Positions 53,629 through 64,000 of a DNA stretch of 64,000 nt are shown here, one piece after another. Source of the DNA: Epithemia pelagica (lineage: Eukaryota > Protista > Bacillariophyta); contig OX337236.1 of assembly GCA_946965045.2 (NCBI GenBank), forward strand, positions 1,054,001 to 1,118,000, read 5' to 3'. The notes beneath the pieces were generated by a model. The model was not told the origin of the DNA, did not search any database, and was given only the letters and a program-made list of their open reading frames with translations. How positions within the stretch are numbered: position 1 is the first letter of the stretch; every line of letters begins with the position of its first letter. Both the position numbers and the translations under genes were made by a program.

Positions 53629-53931
53629 AAAGAAGATAGTCGGATTCAAAGCAAAGCGGGGAATCACCAGCTAAAAGAATAGGAGGAGCACAGAAGATGT
53701 CTTCATCTTGCTCTCAGATTGTTTAACGCTATGTATAGTTTCATTCGCCTTTCAGCATTAAAGATCACGCTAGCTCTGAAACGTAGAGGAGTCCAAGGGC
53801 TGGCGCATCGTACCTGTGCTCCAAGATCTTCCTAACCGCAGGCATGATAGACCAAAAATGTGTCGTCTATTCACTATGAACTCGGAAGCCTAGTTCACAT
53901 GGAGCAGAGAAAAGTACTGTTGTCTAAATTA

Positions 53932-54278
53932 GATGACTCAAAGATACTGCGCAAAATCCCTTTCATCCGTCTAACTAACTAGGTCATTGGTGGACTGGTG
54001 GCATGCCCTAATTGCTTTGAGGTATGCCGGTATTCCCACTTCCCGATAAGATCAAACCCGTAGTATTGGACAGCGCAAAATGTCGTGTCGTGATTGCTGA
54101 TATATGAATGCTTCCCCAGCATTTAAAACAATGCACTCGCAATCGAAGTGTCATGATTCAAGGCTTGTCTTGCCATGTTATCATCATTTTATCTCTCTCT
54201 TTCAAGGCGGCGTTTTCGTCGTTGTTCATTACTTGTCCCTATCGAATAAGAGCAGATGATATGGTTTCCGTTTCTGCG
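53932..54278 (-). pseudogene. Decayed partial duplicate of the neighbouring CD2BP2 gene
   Basis: 54225..54278 matches 57335..57388 at 49/54. Weaker similarity extends back to about 54021 (vs 57121). 53932..53950 matches 56716..56734 at 18/19. The copy has a TAC-to-TAG change. Confidence 0.8.
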
Positions 54279-56721
54279 GCCAAGTTGGACAGGTTAAGAC
54301 CGAACTCACGAACAGAGAACACTCTTTCAACGACATAGTGAATCGAGCGCATCTTTCCCATCATCGATGGGGATGAAAATGAAATGAAAAAGGTGCCGTT
54401 GATAGCTTCGTAGGCTTTGTTCACCGTTCGAGCTTGGGCCCTAGCCAAGAGGTGAACTGGGAACTGACAAGACTGTTTGCTCATTGATAACTTTGTCAAG
54501 CATCATTCATCCGAACGTGTTTGCGTTTACTGCAACAACACACACAAACGACGTTTGCTGCATCAGGATACAAAGCACCACCGCGAGAACACTTTCTCAC
54601 CCACAAAACACTTTAGTATTCCATCGCCGTCATCCCATGTCTACTTTGACCGCATTTTATTTCTTTTCCGTGCTCAAAGCCGATACAAGCGGTGAAGTGG
54701 ATCCAAATCAAATTCTCGAAAAACACTGTCTTCTTGGCCCTCGCTGTCTGTCGCCCTTGATCCACTCACTCGAGTCCTCACGTTGACACCGTATGAAACA
54801 GCAATTCCTGTCCGGCCCTTTTTCGGTTCTTTGCTCTTTCCTTACTAGGGCTGTCGGCTTTTTGACTATTACCTCTGCCATCGCTGCCAAAGTGCCTTTG
54901 CCCTTTACAGGGAATCGTTCACTGATTCGGATTGGATGCATAGATCGGCTGAATCGTTACTCACAGTCACCAATTTGGTTAACGTCGTGGCCTTTTGACA
55001 ACTTCTAGTCACCCGGGAAGCTGGACGACGACTTACCAGCGCCGCTGTCCTCCTCCAGTTATACTCACATGGTCGTCTTGTAAGGATTGGGAACACTTAT
55101 CGCGAATCTCACTGCGGTAGTATTTGCCCGAGTCGCCTATACGACCGTAAATACCCCCTACTTGGCTGGATTTATCGATTTGCCCCTCGACTGGGTAAAT
55201 AATATTACACAACACGCCCAAAACCTGACAATCCTCTGAGAACCTTGTTGGATTATCCATACCAGCTTCGTTGGTGGAATTCTTCGTCAGAATGGGATTT
55301 TCTTGGCGGTTGGCCGAAGTGACCCGACAAGAAACATGCCGGGGCTTGACCTGGGGACTCTTGCTCCTGCATTCCAGTGGCTTTAGTCTATTTAGTATCA
55401 TTCAAAAAGAATTCTTTTTTTTCATACCGCGCATTTTTCCTCACTGGAGGCAGCCGACATTAGTCGATTGCGCGCCTCTTCTACCCAATTTGTATCCGCG
55501 GCTGTCCTGGTTGTCACACGTCCCATATCGTACACTAGAGCTCCTCCCCGAGCTCGATCTTCCCGGCTCGCTCATTAACCCCAATTGGAGCAAAATAAGG
55601 CACGTGGAGCGCGACGTGCCGACACCAGGTGTCCTTGTTAGTCCTAATGGACGGATAGGAAGCTTCCCGTATCGAATTTTCGTAAGTCAGTCATCTCGGC
55701 TTTTCCGTCCAGTGGAAACTTGAGGACACAGATGGCTCCGTTTGTTGTGGAAGTATGTTCCAAATTGACAAACGGCGTCGGAAAAGGGGTGATGTGATCG
55801 CACGGAGAAAAATTGCAGGTTCATCCTTTCGGAAGATCCTGGATACGTGCATCAAGAGTGAGGCCTGATCATCTTGGGTCATTTCATCTTCTTTCTTGGG
55901 TTGACGACATTGGAGGGCAATTCCTTATCTGCTGCATCGTCCTCGTTCTCATCCTGGCCTTCGATGAATGCAGCGGGCTGTGCCGCTACAAGGTCGACAT
56001 CTATGACACTACTTTCAGTCGGTAGCCAAGTCATTCTCCATGGAGTCATGTTGATAAGAATTCCGAAAACAGGGGAAACGAAGTGGGAATATGGGGAAGG
56101 TGTCGTAGGAAATTGTCACGTTCTCCCAAAACTTGAGAATGCTCTATAGACCTTTTGGTTTACGAGGGCACTTCAGTCTTATTCACCTGAGCAACGCCGA
56201 TAGGAATTGCTCTCACTGATACAACCACAGATCAGGTCGAATGCGTGATATCTCAGCGAATTTCCACATTGCTAACAGAAAGCGCATAGAGTATATATTT
56301 TCAAGATAGACTCGTAACATAATGCTCCGAATGATTTACGAATATGACCATGAACTGATTTCAGACAAGAAGACAAGACAAACGCATCATTGGACCCGAT
56401 CTTCCTGAGCTTCTGCATGCTCTTCATTTCAGGGGCTGATGGGCCCCTTTTCTCACATCGTCCGTACAAGTCCATGAAATTCCTTCAGATTGCGTCAACT
56501 CCTTAACGACTCGAGGATTTCCTGGATTTATCTTGCGCTTCATGCCTTTGTGCGTGCATGCGATATGCCACTGTTCTCGGTTGTGGTTCCGCTATTTTAC
56601 GGACAGTAGTCCTAAACGGCAACGCCGCAGAAGAGTGGCGGGGTAGGAATTTCCCCATTGGGCGTGGCATAGCCTTGGAGTAAATGGAAGATAGAACATG
56701 ATCGTTGTCCAACTTGATGGC

Positions 56722-58080
56722 TCAAAGATACTGCTGAAAATTCACCTTGTCCGACATCATCCATTCCCCTCGTATTTGGATGTTTTCATCTTTGTGATCA
56801 ACTGGGTCTTGAGCGGAAAGGAGGTGAGCTTGGCCAATCGTCAGGCTCCTCTGGTTTTCATCCTTATCGGCTTCATCAAAGAGATCCGAAAGTAAATCTT
56901 TTTGAATATCAGCCGCTTCTGGATTTCCTTTTTCTCTCTTGTCACTGCCGGTTGCCGAAATTTTTCTGTCTTCTTTCCTTTGCTCTTGAACCAATCGAAT
57001 TCGTACGGCTGTTGAACCAACAAAGTAACCAAGATTGATCCAACCCATCATTTGTTGCGTAGAATAGGGCCCGTGTATTTTCCGATCATTGTTTCCTTCG
57101 TATTCCCAAAGTGCGCCTTTAGCTATGCTCGCATTCCCACTTCCCGATGAGTGGAGATCCGTCGAAATGGAAGCCGGAAGGGCGCGCAAAATGTCTTGGC
57201 GTGTTTGCTGATATATTGATACTTCCCCCTTCATGAACAACGCACTTGCAATCTCAGTGAGATCATTCAAACCTTGCCTTGCTTTGTTCTCGTCAATCTT
57301 TCCATTACTTTCTTGATGGTGTTTTCGTTGTTGTTTCATTGCTTGTCCGTATCGAATAAGAGCGGACGATACGGTTTCCGTTTCTGCGATAAGTGGCAAA
57401 AGCCTTGAATATAGTTCTTCTTTGCTGAGAGAATCCATCTTTTCCTCGCGTTTTTGTTGCTGAAGTTTCTTCTGTTCTTGTTGGTTTTGCCTTTGAAACA
57501 ACGTTATCGAATCTGAGTGTCCCTTCCCAAGTTGAACTTCTTCGTCTCCCCCCTCCTTGAGATTGTCCAACCATGCATCCGCTTCTTCATTCGGAGCGAG
57601 GCCTCCTGCGCCCCTTCGAAAAACATACGTATCTCCCTCGAAATAGCCACTTCCATCTGTTTTCTCGTTTTCCATATTAAATGCTTCAATGGGAATCCCT
57701 TCACTCGCTAAAGATGTTTCTCTGTCACTGTGAGTTGGCAAATCTCGGTCGGGATCGGCGTTCTCGTCCTCACTGAATTGTTTCATCCGACGCTTTCTTT
57801 TGGCATCCAATGTTTGTGCAGTATCAAGAATTGATCCTCCTGCTGCCTCGTCCTCGTCTGGTGTATAATCGTCCACATCATCAATTTCGTCCGCATTCGG
57901 GCGTTCGGGTCGTGGTCGCTTCTTCGGGCGGATGGATGGCTGTTCCTTGTTTGACGTTGTGCTGTGAGTGCTCTCTATTTTGTGGACCTCTGTTGTATCA
58001 CTGAATCTCACAGAGGCAACGTTCTTGGGAACTTGGCTTCTCTTATTGGTTTCCTTGGATCGTTCATTACTCGTAGACAT
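56722..58080 (-). CDS. CD2BP2: CD2BP2/LIN1 (U5 snRNP 52K) with GYF domain
   Basis: EGIPIEAFNMENE..G.GYF.G..YV, DAWLD and the C-terminal WEY...HGPYSTQQMMGWINLGYF. Confidence 0.9.
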   Translation of the reverse strand: MSTSNERSKETNKRSQVPKNVASVRFSDTTEVHKIESTHSTTSNKEQPSIRPKKRPRPERPNADEIDDVDDYTPDEDEAAGGSILDTAQTLDAKRKRRMKQFSEDENADPDRDLPTHSDRETSLASEGIPIEAFNMENEKTDGSGYFEGDTYVFRRGAGGLAPNEEADAWLDNLKEGGDEEVQLGKGHSDSITLFQRQNQQEQKKLQQQKREEKMDSLSKEELYSRLLPLIAETETVSSALIRYGQAMKQQRKHHQESNGKIDENKARQGLNDLTEIASALFMKGEVSIYQQTRQDILRALPASISTDLHSSGSGNASIAKGALWEYEGNNDRKIHGPYSTQQMMGWINLGYFVGSTAVRIRLVQEQRKEDRKISATGSDKREKGNPEAADIQKDLLSDLFDEADKDENQRSLTIGQAHLLSAQDPVDHKDENIQIRGEWMMSDKVNFQQYL

Positions 58081-58354
58081 GGTGTGAGTGTGTTGATCTC
58101 ATGGCTCATGGGAAGAGGCATGGGACAGTGGTAATGAGGACCGCGGATCAGATTCATGCCGAAACTACCTATACCCTTACCTTGGCTACCCCTCCCAACT
58201 ACTAGCTAGAGGAGTACTCCTATCTACTCCTAGCGTAGTACGAAAATGAACCATCACTCCAGAGTATATCTATGTGCAAGGTAGTTCCGTTTGGGAGCAT
58301 TTCGTAGTGTAAGGTGGGTGAATCAGTTCGTTTCCCATCGAAAGGAGTATACTC

Positions 58355-59187
58355 CTAGTTGTGTTGAGTTTCCGTTGCGCTATCGACCGATTCTACCGAG
58401 GCGCTCTCTGGGGTGCTCACGGCACCAAAGTCTCCAGCTCCTGCGAGGTGCCGTTCAATCAGTCCACAAGATGCATCACGATTAGCTTCGTCGCGAGCTT
58501 TCAGGAACAAACTTTCAACGGCTGCATGCAACATGCCTTGCTGCTTTTCATCTACCAATTGGACATTTCCGGTGCCACTCCCAGTGTCCTCGGTGCTGAA
58601 TGCCTTGAAAGCGCCTCCAATGGCAACACTGTTGCTAAGCACATTCAATCCCAAATTTTGCAACAAATTACGATGGGGACCAATGGCACGCAATCCACCC
58701 ATTGCCCCTGGAGAGGCTCCAAGAACCAAGGCGGTTTTCCCAGCAAATGTTGCGTACATTGCTCCGTCGTTGTCACCACGTGAACACCATGTATAGGCAT
58801 TTACCAGGAGTGGGGACGGAAACCCATTGTATTCCGGGGACGCAACAACTATAAAAAGAAGTTTGAAGAGCAACTGTGTGAGTTATCGTGGACGTCGCAA
58901 GTCAAAATGGCCTCGTCACATGCCGAACGACACTACTCACTCCAGGCATCAGTTTCTCCCAAGGCAGCTTTGAGAGCGAACGCGCTTTCTGGAATGCCCG
59001 ACGACGCTTCAGTATCTTGGTTGTACATTGGCAAATCATAGTCAGCCAAATTGATCAATCTGGTCTCCGCACCCAGTTGATCGGCCACATTCTTTGCCGC
59101 TCCAATGAGTTGAGTGTTGAACGATCCCTGGCGAAGACTTCCCGACAGAAGAGCAATCTTTGGAGCACGAATTATGATCGACGACAT
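58355..59187 (-). CDS. NADPH-dependent FMN reductase (flavodoxin-like); intron 58849..58940
   Basis: GSLRQGSFN, LPMYNQD, ASPEYNG, GASPGAMGG. The GTGAGT...ATAG intron restores the frame (741 nt). Confidence 0.93.
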
Positions 59188-59595
59188 GTTGATTATTGCT
59201 ACCCTTGTGTACAGAGCGTTTGGGCAGAGATTCTACAATGCAACAACGTCGATTTCAATGGGCACAGGTTTTATGGTGAATGGAACGCGTACGTGTCAAA
59301 AGCGACTGAATGATGCCTTTTCTTTCGAAGAACCCATTGCAACGAAGCTGTGTAAAGTGCAACACAAAGGCAACGATGATGTACCAATATCATCCACCGT
59401 GGTCTTTGTGATAAGAGGGTCTCGAGCAAATGGGGAAAATCGACATAGTGAGCTCTAAGATCGAACAAAAAAGAAAGCTTGTGTGTGGCATTGAAAACCA
59501 CGGTGTAGCGCGGAGTCGCGTATAAACTTCATGCCATGGAGATCAAGATTCACTCGTCCCCACCATGACGTTTTGAAAAAGTCGAGAATGTCATC

Positions 59596-60684
59596 ATGAC
59601 AAGCTTCAGAATGAGAGAGACCGTAGTATCGATATGGCAATGGAGTTTTCCACTGTTGCTGCTGTCATGGCATACAAATGGATTTTATGTGTGCTCCCCT
59701 TTGACTCACATGTCGTCGCCTTGGGCAAAACATAAAGTATCCGGAACAAGTTCGTCGTCTCTGTCGGCATCCGCGGCCGAACATTCGACATTGACTTACG
59801 ACGAGGCACTTTTCACACAAGTTATAAGTGATGTGGATGACACATTGAAGAGCAGTGGAGGAGTCAATATTGCAGGTGTGGCGTTGGGGGGAATCGACGT
59901 GCAATATGCTCGTGGCGAGTTTTATCCAGGGGTTGCCGAATTTATGCTTCATCTCAGCTTGGGCACAGGACCATCGGCAACTAAAGGATACTCGTACGCA
60001 CAAGCGTTAAATACTGTAGATGAGGATGCAAGTGGTAACGATAATCCCGACAATGCCCCCATATATAGCGCATTGACTCCACCCAAGGTGGCAATTCTCA
60101 CGGCTCGCGCCGAGGAATTCAAGGTGGCCTTGAAACTAAAAAACGATTCTTCGCTCGCTGTGGCTTTTCGAAACGCTGGAGAAGGAATGGGTATACCAGG
60201 TTGGGGTCTGGGACCAGTCCTCTATGGCTCGGTGGCAGAATGGATAGTTCAAGATCGAAAAGGGTTGCGCAAATTCACAAATTTTGAACAATTGCTGCAG
60301 CAAGATCCGACGGGAGGTCGCATCATGAACTACGTTTACGTCGGGGACACTGGAGAACTGGACCAAGAGGCTGGCGAAACGATGCTTCGGGAGTATCCAA
60401 CATTGGTCAAGGCAGTCTTCCTTCATTGCGTATCAGATGTTCCCGGAGGCAGGGTTCCCATACCTTTGGCAAAGTTGATAAACGGGCGCCCCATTGTCTT
60501 TTTTCGAACCTATGTCGGTGCAGCGGTGGCAGCCACACAACTTGAACTCATGTCACCCGCTGGATTGTCTCGAGTGATTGATGCTGCCTGTCAACAACTG
60601 GGAAATGTTCCACGGTCCAGCGATAAATGGACAGATTTGTTGGATGACATGGAAAGTGCGAGAGCTATTCTTCAACGTATCTAG
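59596..60684 (+). CDS. App1-like HAD phosphatidate phosphatase catalytic domain protein with N-terminal signal-like peptide
   Basis: VISDVDDT (DxDDT), FYPGVAEF, ILTAR and YVGDTGELD correspond to HAD motifs I-IV in the App1 style. Confidence 0.72.
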   Translation: MTSFRMRETVVSIWQWSFPLLLLSWHTNGFYVCSPLTHMSSPWAKHKVSGTSSSSLSASAAEHSTLTYDEALFTQVISDVDDTLKSSGGVNIAGVALGGIDVQYARGEFYPGVAEFMLHLSLGTGPSATKGYSYAQALNTVDEDASGNDNPDNAPIYSALTPPKVAILTARAEEFKVALKLKNDSSLAVAFRNAGEGMGIPGWGLGPVLYGSVAEWIVQDRKGLRKFTNFEQLLQQDPTGGRIMNYVYVGDTGELDQEAGETMLREYPTLVKAVFLHCVSDVPGGRVPIPLAKLINGRPIVFFRTYVGAAVAATQLELMSPAGLSRVIDAACQQLGNVPRSSDKWTDLLDDMESARAILQRI

Positions 60685-61767
60685 ACAGAATCGCTTTCTT
60701 TCATGCCCATGGTTTGGAAAAGTCTCCTACGAGTTATCTGTTGTCGGTCCTTACAAACAGTGTTGGCGGTTGGCGTATCAACCGGAGAACGTTCACAGTT
60801 ACTTAAACTCCACTAATGGTAAGGATTACGGATCGGCTTAAACGAAAATGAGTTTCATTGAGATGTCTAGTATTTTTGCGTGCTTCGCTTTATCATTGTT
60901 CCTGAAGCAAGCCGTTCTTTCAACATTGTGGGATCTCCCGAACCGACAGCTATAATAGTAACTGTGACTGACTCCGACTGGATTTGGAGGCTTTTGAGTC
61001 CGGTCGCGCATTTCGGAGTCCTCATCAATTACGCGTCGAAAGATACGCTAACAAGATATTGTTACCATTGTCCCAAATTCCACAGGGTATCTACTCCTTC
61101 ATTCTTGGGGACATCGACGGGGGCACTAACCAAATACCCGTTCCGTTGATCCTCTCAGATCAAAAGGATCTCCATTTCAACTGCCCCAAAGACCAAAGAC
61201 TCCCTCACAACACATCGACAGGCCTACATCCCATCTTTCTCATTGTCTTTCACAACAAGAAACAAAGAACAAAAGGCCAATTGTCCCTGGAATGTCCTTT
61301 GAAAAGCCTCACGAATGAAAAGCTGAAACTTTCGTGCGTCTTCACAACTTCCTATGGGACAACTTCTAACAAAAAGATTTTGGATCTTTCTTTTTCTTTG
61401 TTCCTTCACGCAATTTGTATTGTGCATCTCGAGTCCCAAGATTCTTCTGGATCAGGTTGGATTTCGAATGCGCGTTGCGTAGTAGCTGGATTCTCTCGAG
61501 AGAGTTGGGAGCCGTGATGAAGCTAAACCGCATTCCTGTCGTCGTTGACAATCAAAGTCGGTGGCCTAAGTGGAGTCTCGCATCTATACCGATTACGCAA
61601 CATGATCCATCAACTCCAACGCATGAAAGGATCTTTTCGATCTTTTGAGGAACTCAACTCTCTTGCACAACAAGACAAATCTTCTTCTCACAAAAAAGCC
61701 GTCGACACGAAAGAAAACAATTCTGACTTTCATTGAGTGAAGTTGTGGAACAGATCTGGACTATACC

Positions 61768-62715
61768 ATGACGCTTTCAAACATTCTAACGACCATCCTT
61801 GCAAGCTTTCTTCTCGGCTCCATGCAAACCAAGGCACAAGTGTCACTGACAGGATTTTCGTTGATGGACACAAATTCCGACACGGCATTGGTTTCACCTC
61901 TTCCCAGTGATGCGTACACGATCGTGTTGGATCAGCTCTCCGGACAAGGTCTCAGTATGTCCGCGGACTATAGCGATGCCAACCCATCTGGATCGGTTGT
62001 TTTCGAAACCGAAAATGACGGGGTTACAACTCAACGGACTGAGAATGTTGCGCCATATGCTCTTGGTGGCGATAATAAGAGCAACTTTTCCCCTGTATCT
62101 ATCCTCAGCGAGGTCGGTACTTATGTCATCAAGGCAACTCCTTACTCGGGTAACGGTGGGACTGGAACAAGTGGAACAGAAATCTCGATTACCATTACAG
62201 TGGTCACGACAGCCAATAGCGGACCTTCACCCACACCAGCTCCCGTGCAACCCACTCCAGCTCCCGTGCAACCCACGCCTTCTCCTACACCTGCTCCTGT
62301 CTCGCCCACGCCGCAACCTACCACACCTCAACCCACCGAACACCATCCGGATGTGCGTGAGATTGTACTAGTTCCTGGTGGAGAGGACCCCAAGAATGGT
62401 TGGGCGGATAGCTACTCCTTCGGTGATCGCTGCTATTGTGATGACTCCATTTCCACCTATGATCACAAGATGAAGGACTTTATGGTCGAGTTGGAGGATG
62501 GTAACTGGTACACGGTCGATTATATCTGCAACCACATTATTGGGCCAGGACCTGGTTCTGCGGGCCGTCCTCTGTACAACGACGTTCAGTGCGGCAACGG
62601 ACCACCCAATGATGCGGGTGATGAACACAATTGCCCCGGTCGAGTGGACCTTGGAAGTAGTGGCTGTGGACACATTGGACCAAAATGGAACTTTAGCAAT
62701 GTGACATGGACGTAA
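61768..62715 (+). CDS. Secreted two-domain protein: beta-rich N-domain, Pro/Thr linker, Cys-rich C-domain
   Basis: Signal peptide; GSVVFE...RTENVAPYALGGD; PTPAPVQ repeats; WADSYS..RCYC, YNDVQCGNGP, CPGRVD.G..GC..IGPKW. Confidence 0.88.
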   Translation: MTLSNILTTILASFLLGSMQTKAQVSLTGFSLMDTNSDTALVSPLPSDAYTIVLDQLSGQGLSMSADYSDANPSGSVVFETENDGVTTQRTENVAPYALGGDNKSNFSPVSILSEVGTYVIKATPYSGNGGTGTSGTEISITITVVTTANSGPSPTPAPVQPTPAPVQPTPSPTPAPVSPTPQPTTPQPTEHHPDVREIVLVPGGEDPKNGWADSYSFGDRCYCDDSISTYDHKMKDFMVELEDGNWYTVDYICNHIIGPGPGSAGRPLYNDVQCGNGPPNDAGDEHNCPGRVDLGSSGCGHIGPKWNFSNVTWT

Positions 62716-63044
62716 CGTGCTGCCTCGCCTCACAAGCGGCAATAACGGGAAACAAGTAGACATGGTTTCAAAGAGAGACAGGTCTATGACACATTTTACT
62801 TTTCGCAGCCTTCACTCTCTCGCCACTTTCCCGTGTATCCATTCTGTATCACATTTGCCAACTTCACACGATCATTCATCCAAGATCTACTCAACGAACA
62901 AACAATACTTGACAACTACAAACAGAACTTAGGAATAACGAACCAATTTAGTACAAACGTTATTTCGAAAACTATACACACCACAAAGAATTCCAGATGT
63001 CTTGGACGAGAATGTAGAGCAAAACAGAGATGGTACTGTTTTGC

Positions 63045-63446
63045 TTAATCGTCGTAGTGATATTTGCCTTCCTTTTTGCCACCCTTCTTCTTGTAGGATT
63101 CCTTTTTGCCTCCCTTCATTTTGAGTTTTCCTTTGTCGCCCATCTTGTAGGATTCCTTTTTGCCGCGCTTCTTGACAAGTTTTCCTTTGCCGCCCTTCTT
63201 TGAGGGTTCTGTTACTTTACTTGTGGGTTTCATTGTCGGTTTCATTGTGGTGGGCGTCTTCGTTGGAGAAGACACGGGGGGAGCAACGGGGGAAGCTGTT
63301 GGATCCACATCCTCAACCAATGGGCAAATCCCGCTAATACGGTAGTATGGAACCAATTCGCCACCCAGGGTCATGAGGAACTCGTCGATTGCCCCATCAC
63401 CCCAACCCCATCTCGAGGGAAGGGAAAATGGACTCGCGTGATTCAC
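63045..63446 (-). pseudogene. C-terminal part of a gene with a Pro/Thr stalk and Lys/Gly-rich tail; upstream frame appears shifted near 63500
   Basis: PTASPVAPPVSSPTKTPT stalk and KKGGKGK/GKKESYK repeats (54-bp period). Protein-like sequence continues upstream in a different frame (SIDPPNIEPCYVEDG), with further stops beyond about 63670. Confidence 0.5.
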
Positions 63447-64000
63447 AGTCCACTCGCAAAAGTCTGGTTCTGGGATCTCCGTAATGGGAAGATCAGCATG
63501 TAGGCTTGCAAAGCCTTAAAGTAGGCCAAGCCTACTTCAACTTGAACACAGATACCGTCTTCCACATAACATGGCTCAATGTTGGGTGGGTCGATTGAAA
63601 TCTGTGCGCCCTCTTCTGTGACACTCCTGCGGGGAAGGGCGACTTGCAGCCGCCAGTCGCAGTTTATGTTTTTTTAGCACCAGTCGCGTTTCCAAATTTG
63701 TATTTGTGTTTTGAAATATTAAATTTGCACCACTGGCAGTTTGTGTTGCATGACCCAATGATATAAGCCTACAGGTCGGAATCCGCGCATGCATGACGCG
63801 CAGGATGGGCTTTTGGCGCCACAGAACGCCGGGCCATTCGCCGTTTGTGTCTACGACACTCATGTTTTGCTAACTCACCTATGACACAACAAACAACAAA
63901 TGAGATTACTATCGTCCATTTGAATCAAGCTGTGCGTTGCAAGATAGCAGATCAATTCCTGGAAGCCAAAGCAAGGAATCAAAATGAGGAACTCAAGATC

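Noticed and set aside
55879-56049. Minus-strand 56-aa acidic/basic peptide resembling a protein C-terminus
   Set aside because: An in-frame stop lies shortly upstream and no supporting splice structure or family match was found; it may be a relic but is unsupported.
60984-61517. 177-aa plus-strand ORF
   Set aside because: Non-ATG start, no recognisable motif; not distinguishable from a chance frame.

Overview
Eukaryotic nuclear DNA, most likely from a diatom. This is inferred from the CoDi-type Copia element, short GT-AG introns and bipartite plastid-type presequences; the species cannot be named from sequence alone. The first 11.9 kb is a nested pair of retroelements. A tyrosine-recombinase (DIRS/Ngaro-like) retrotransposon has its RT gene split, in frame, by a young and complete 8.4 kb Ty1/Copia LTR element on the minus strand (783 bp LTRs with 2 differences, TCCGT target-site duplication, an extra ORF, a chromodomain-like module, and a primer site resembling a tRNA-Asn anticodon arm). 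A two-ORF CRE-like non-LTR retrotransposon lies at about 31.8-39.0 kb, a 430 bp fold-back element at 29.7 kb and a 364 bp TIR MITE at 51.5 kb. About 20 host genes are present: DPY30, CCDC130/Yju2, a methyltransferase, an HMG-CoA synthase fused to a ketosynthase domain, an ankyrin protein, an Mpv17/PMP22 protein, an FAD monooxygenase, a giant repeat coiled-coil protein, an ARM/BAF250-like protein, an HSF, CD2BP2, an FMN reductase, an App1-like phosphatase and secreted proteins. The most notable observations are the HMGS-KS fusion, the unusual Copia architecture and priming site, the large orphan ORF1 of the CRE-like element, and a dense field of unrelated 7-bp tandem doublets upstream of the HSF gene. 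All counts and alignments were done by eye.
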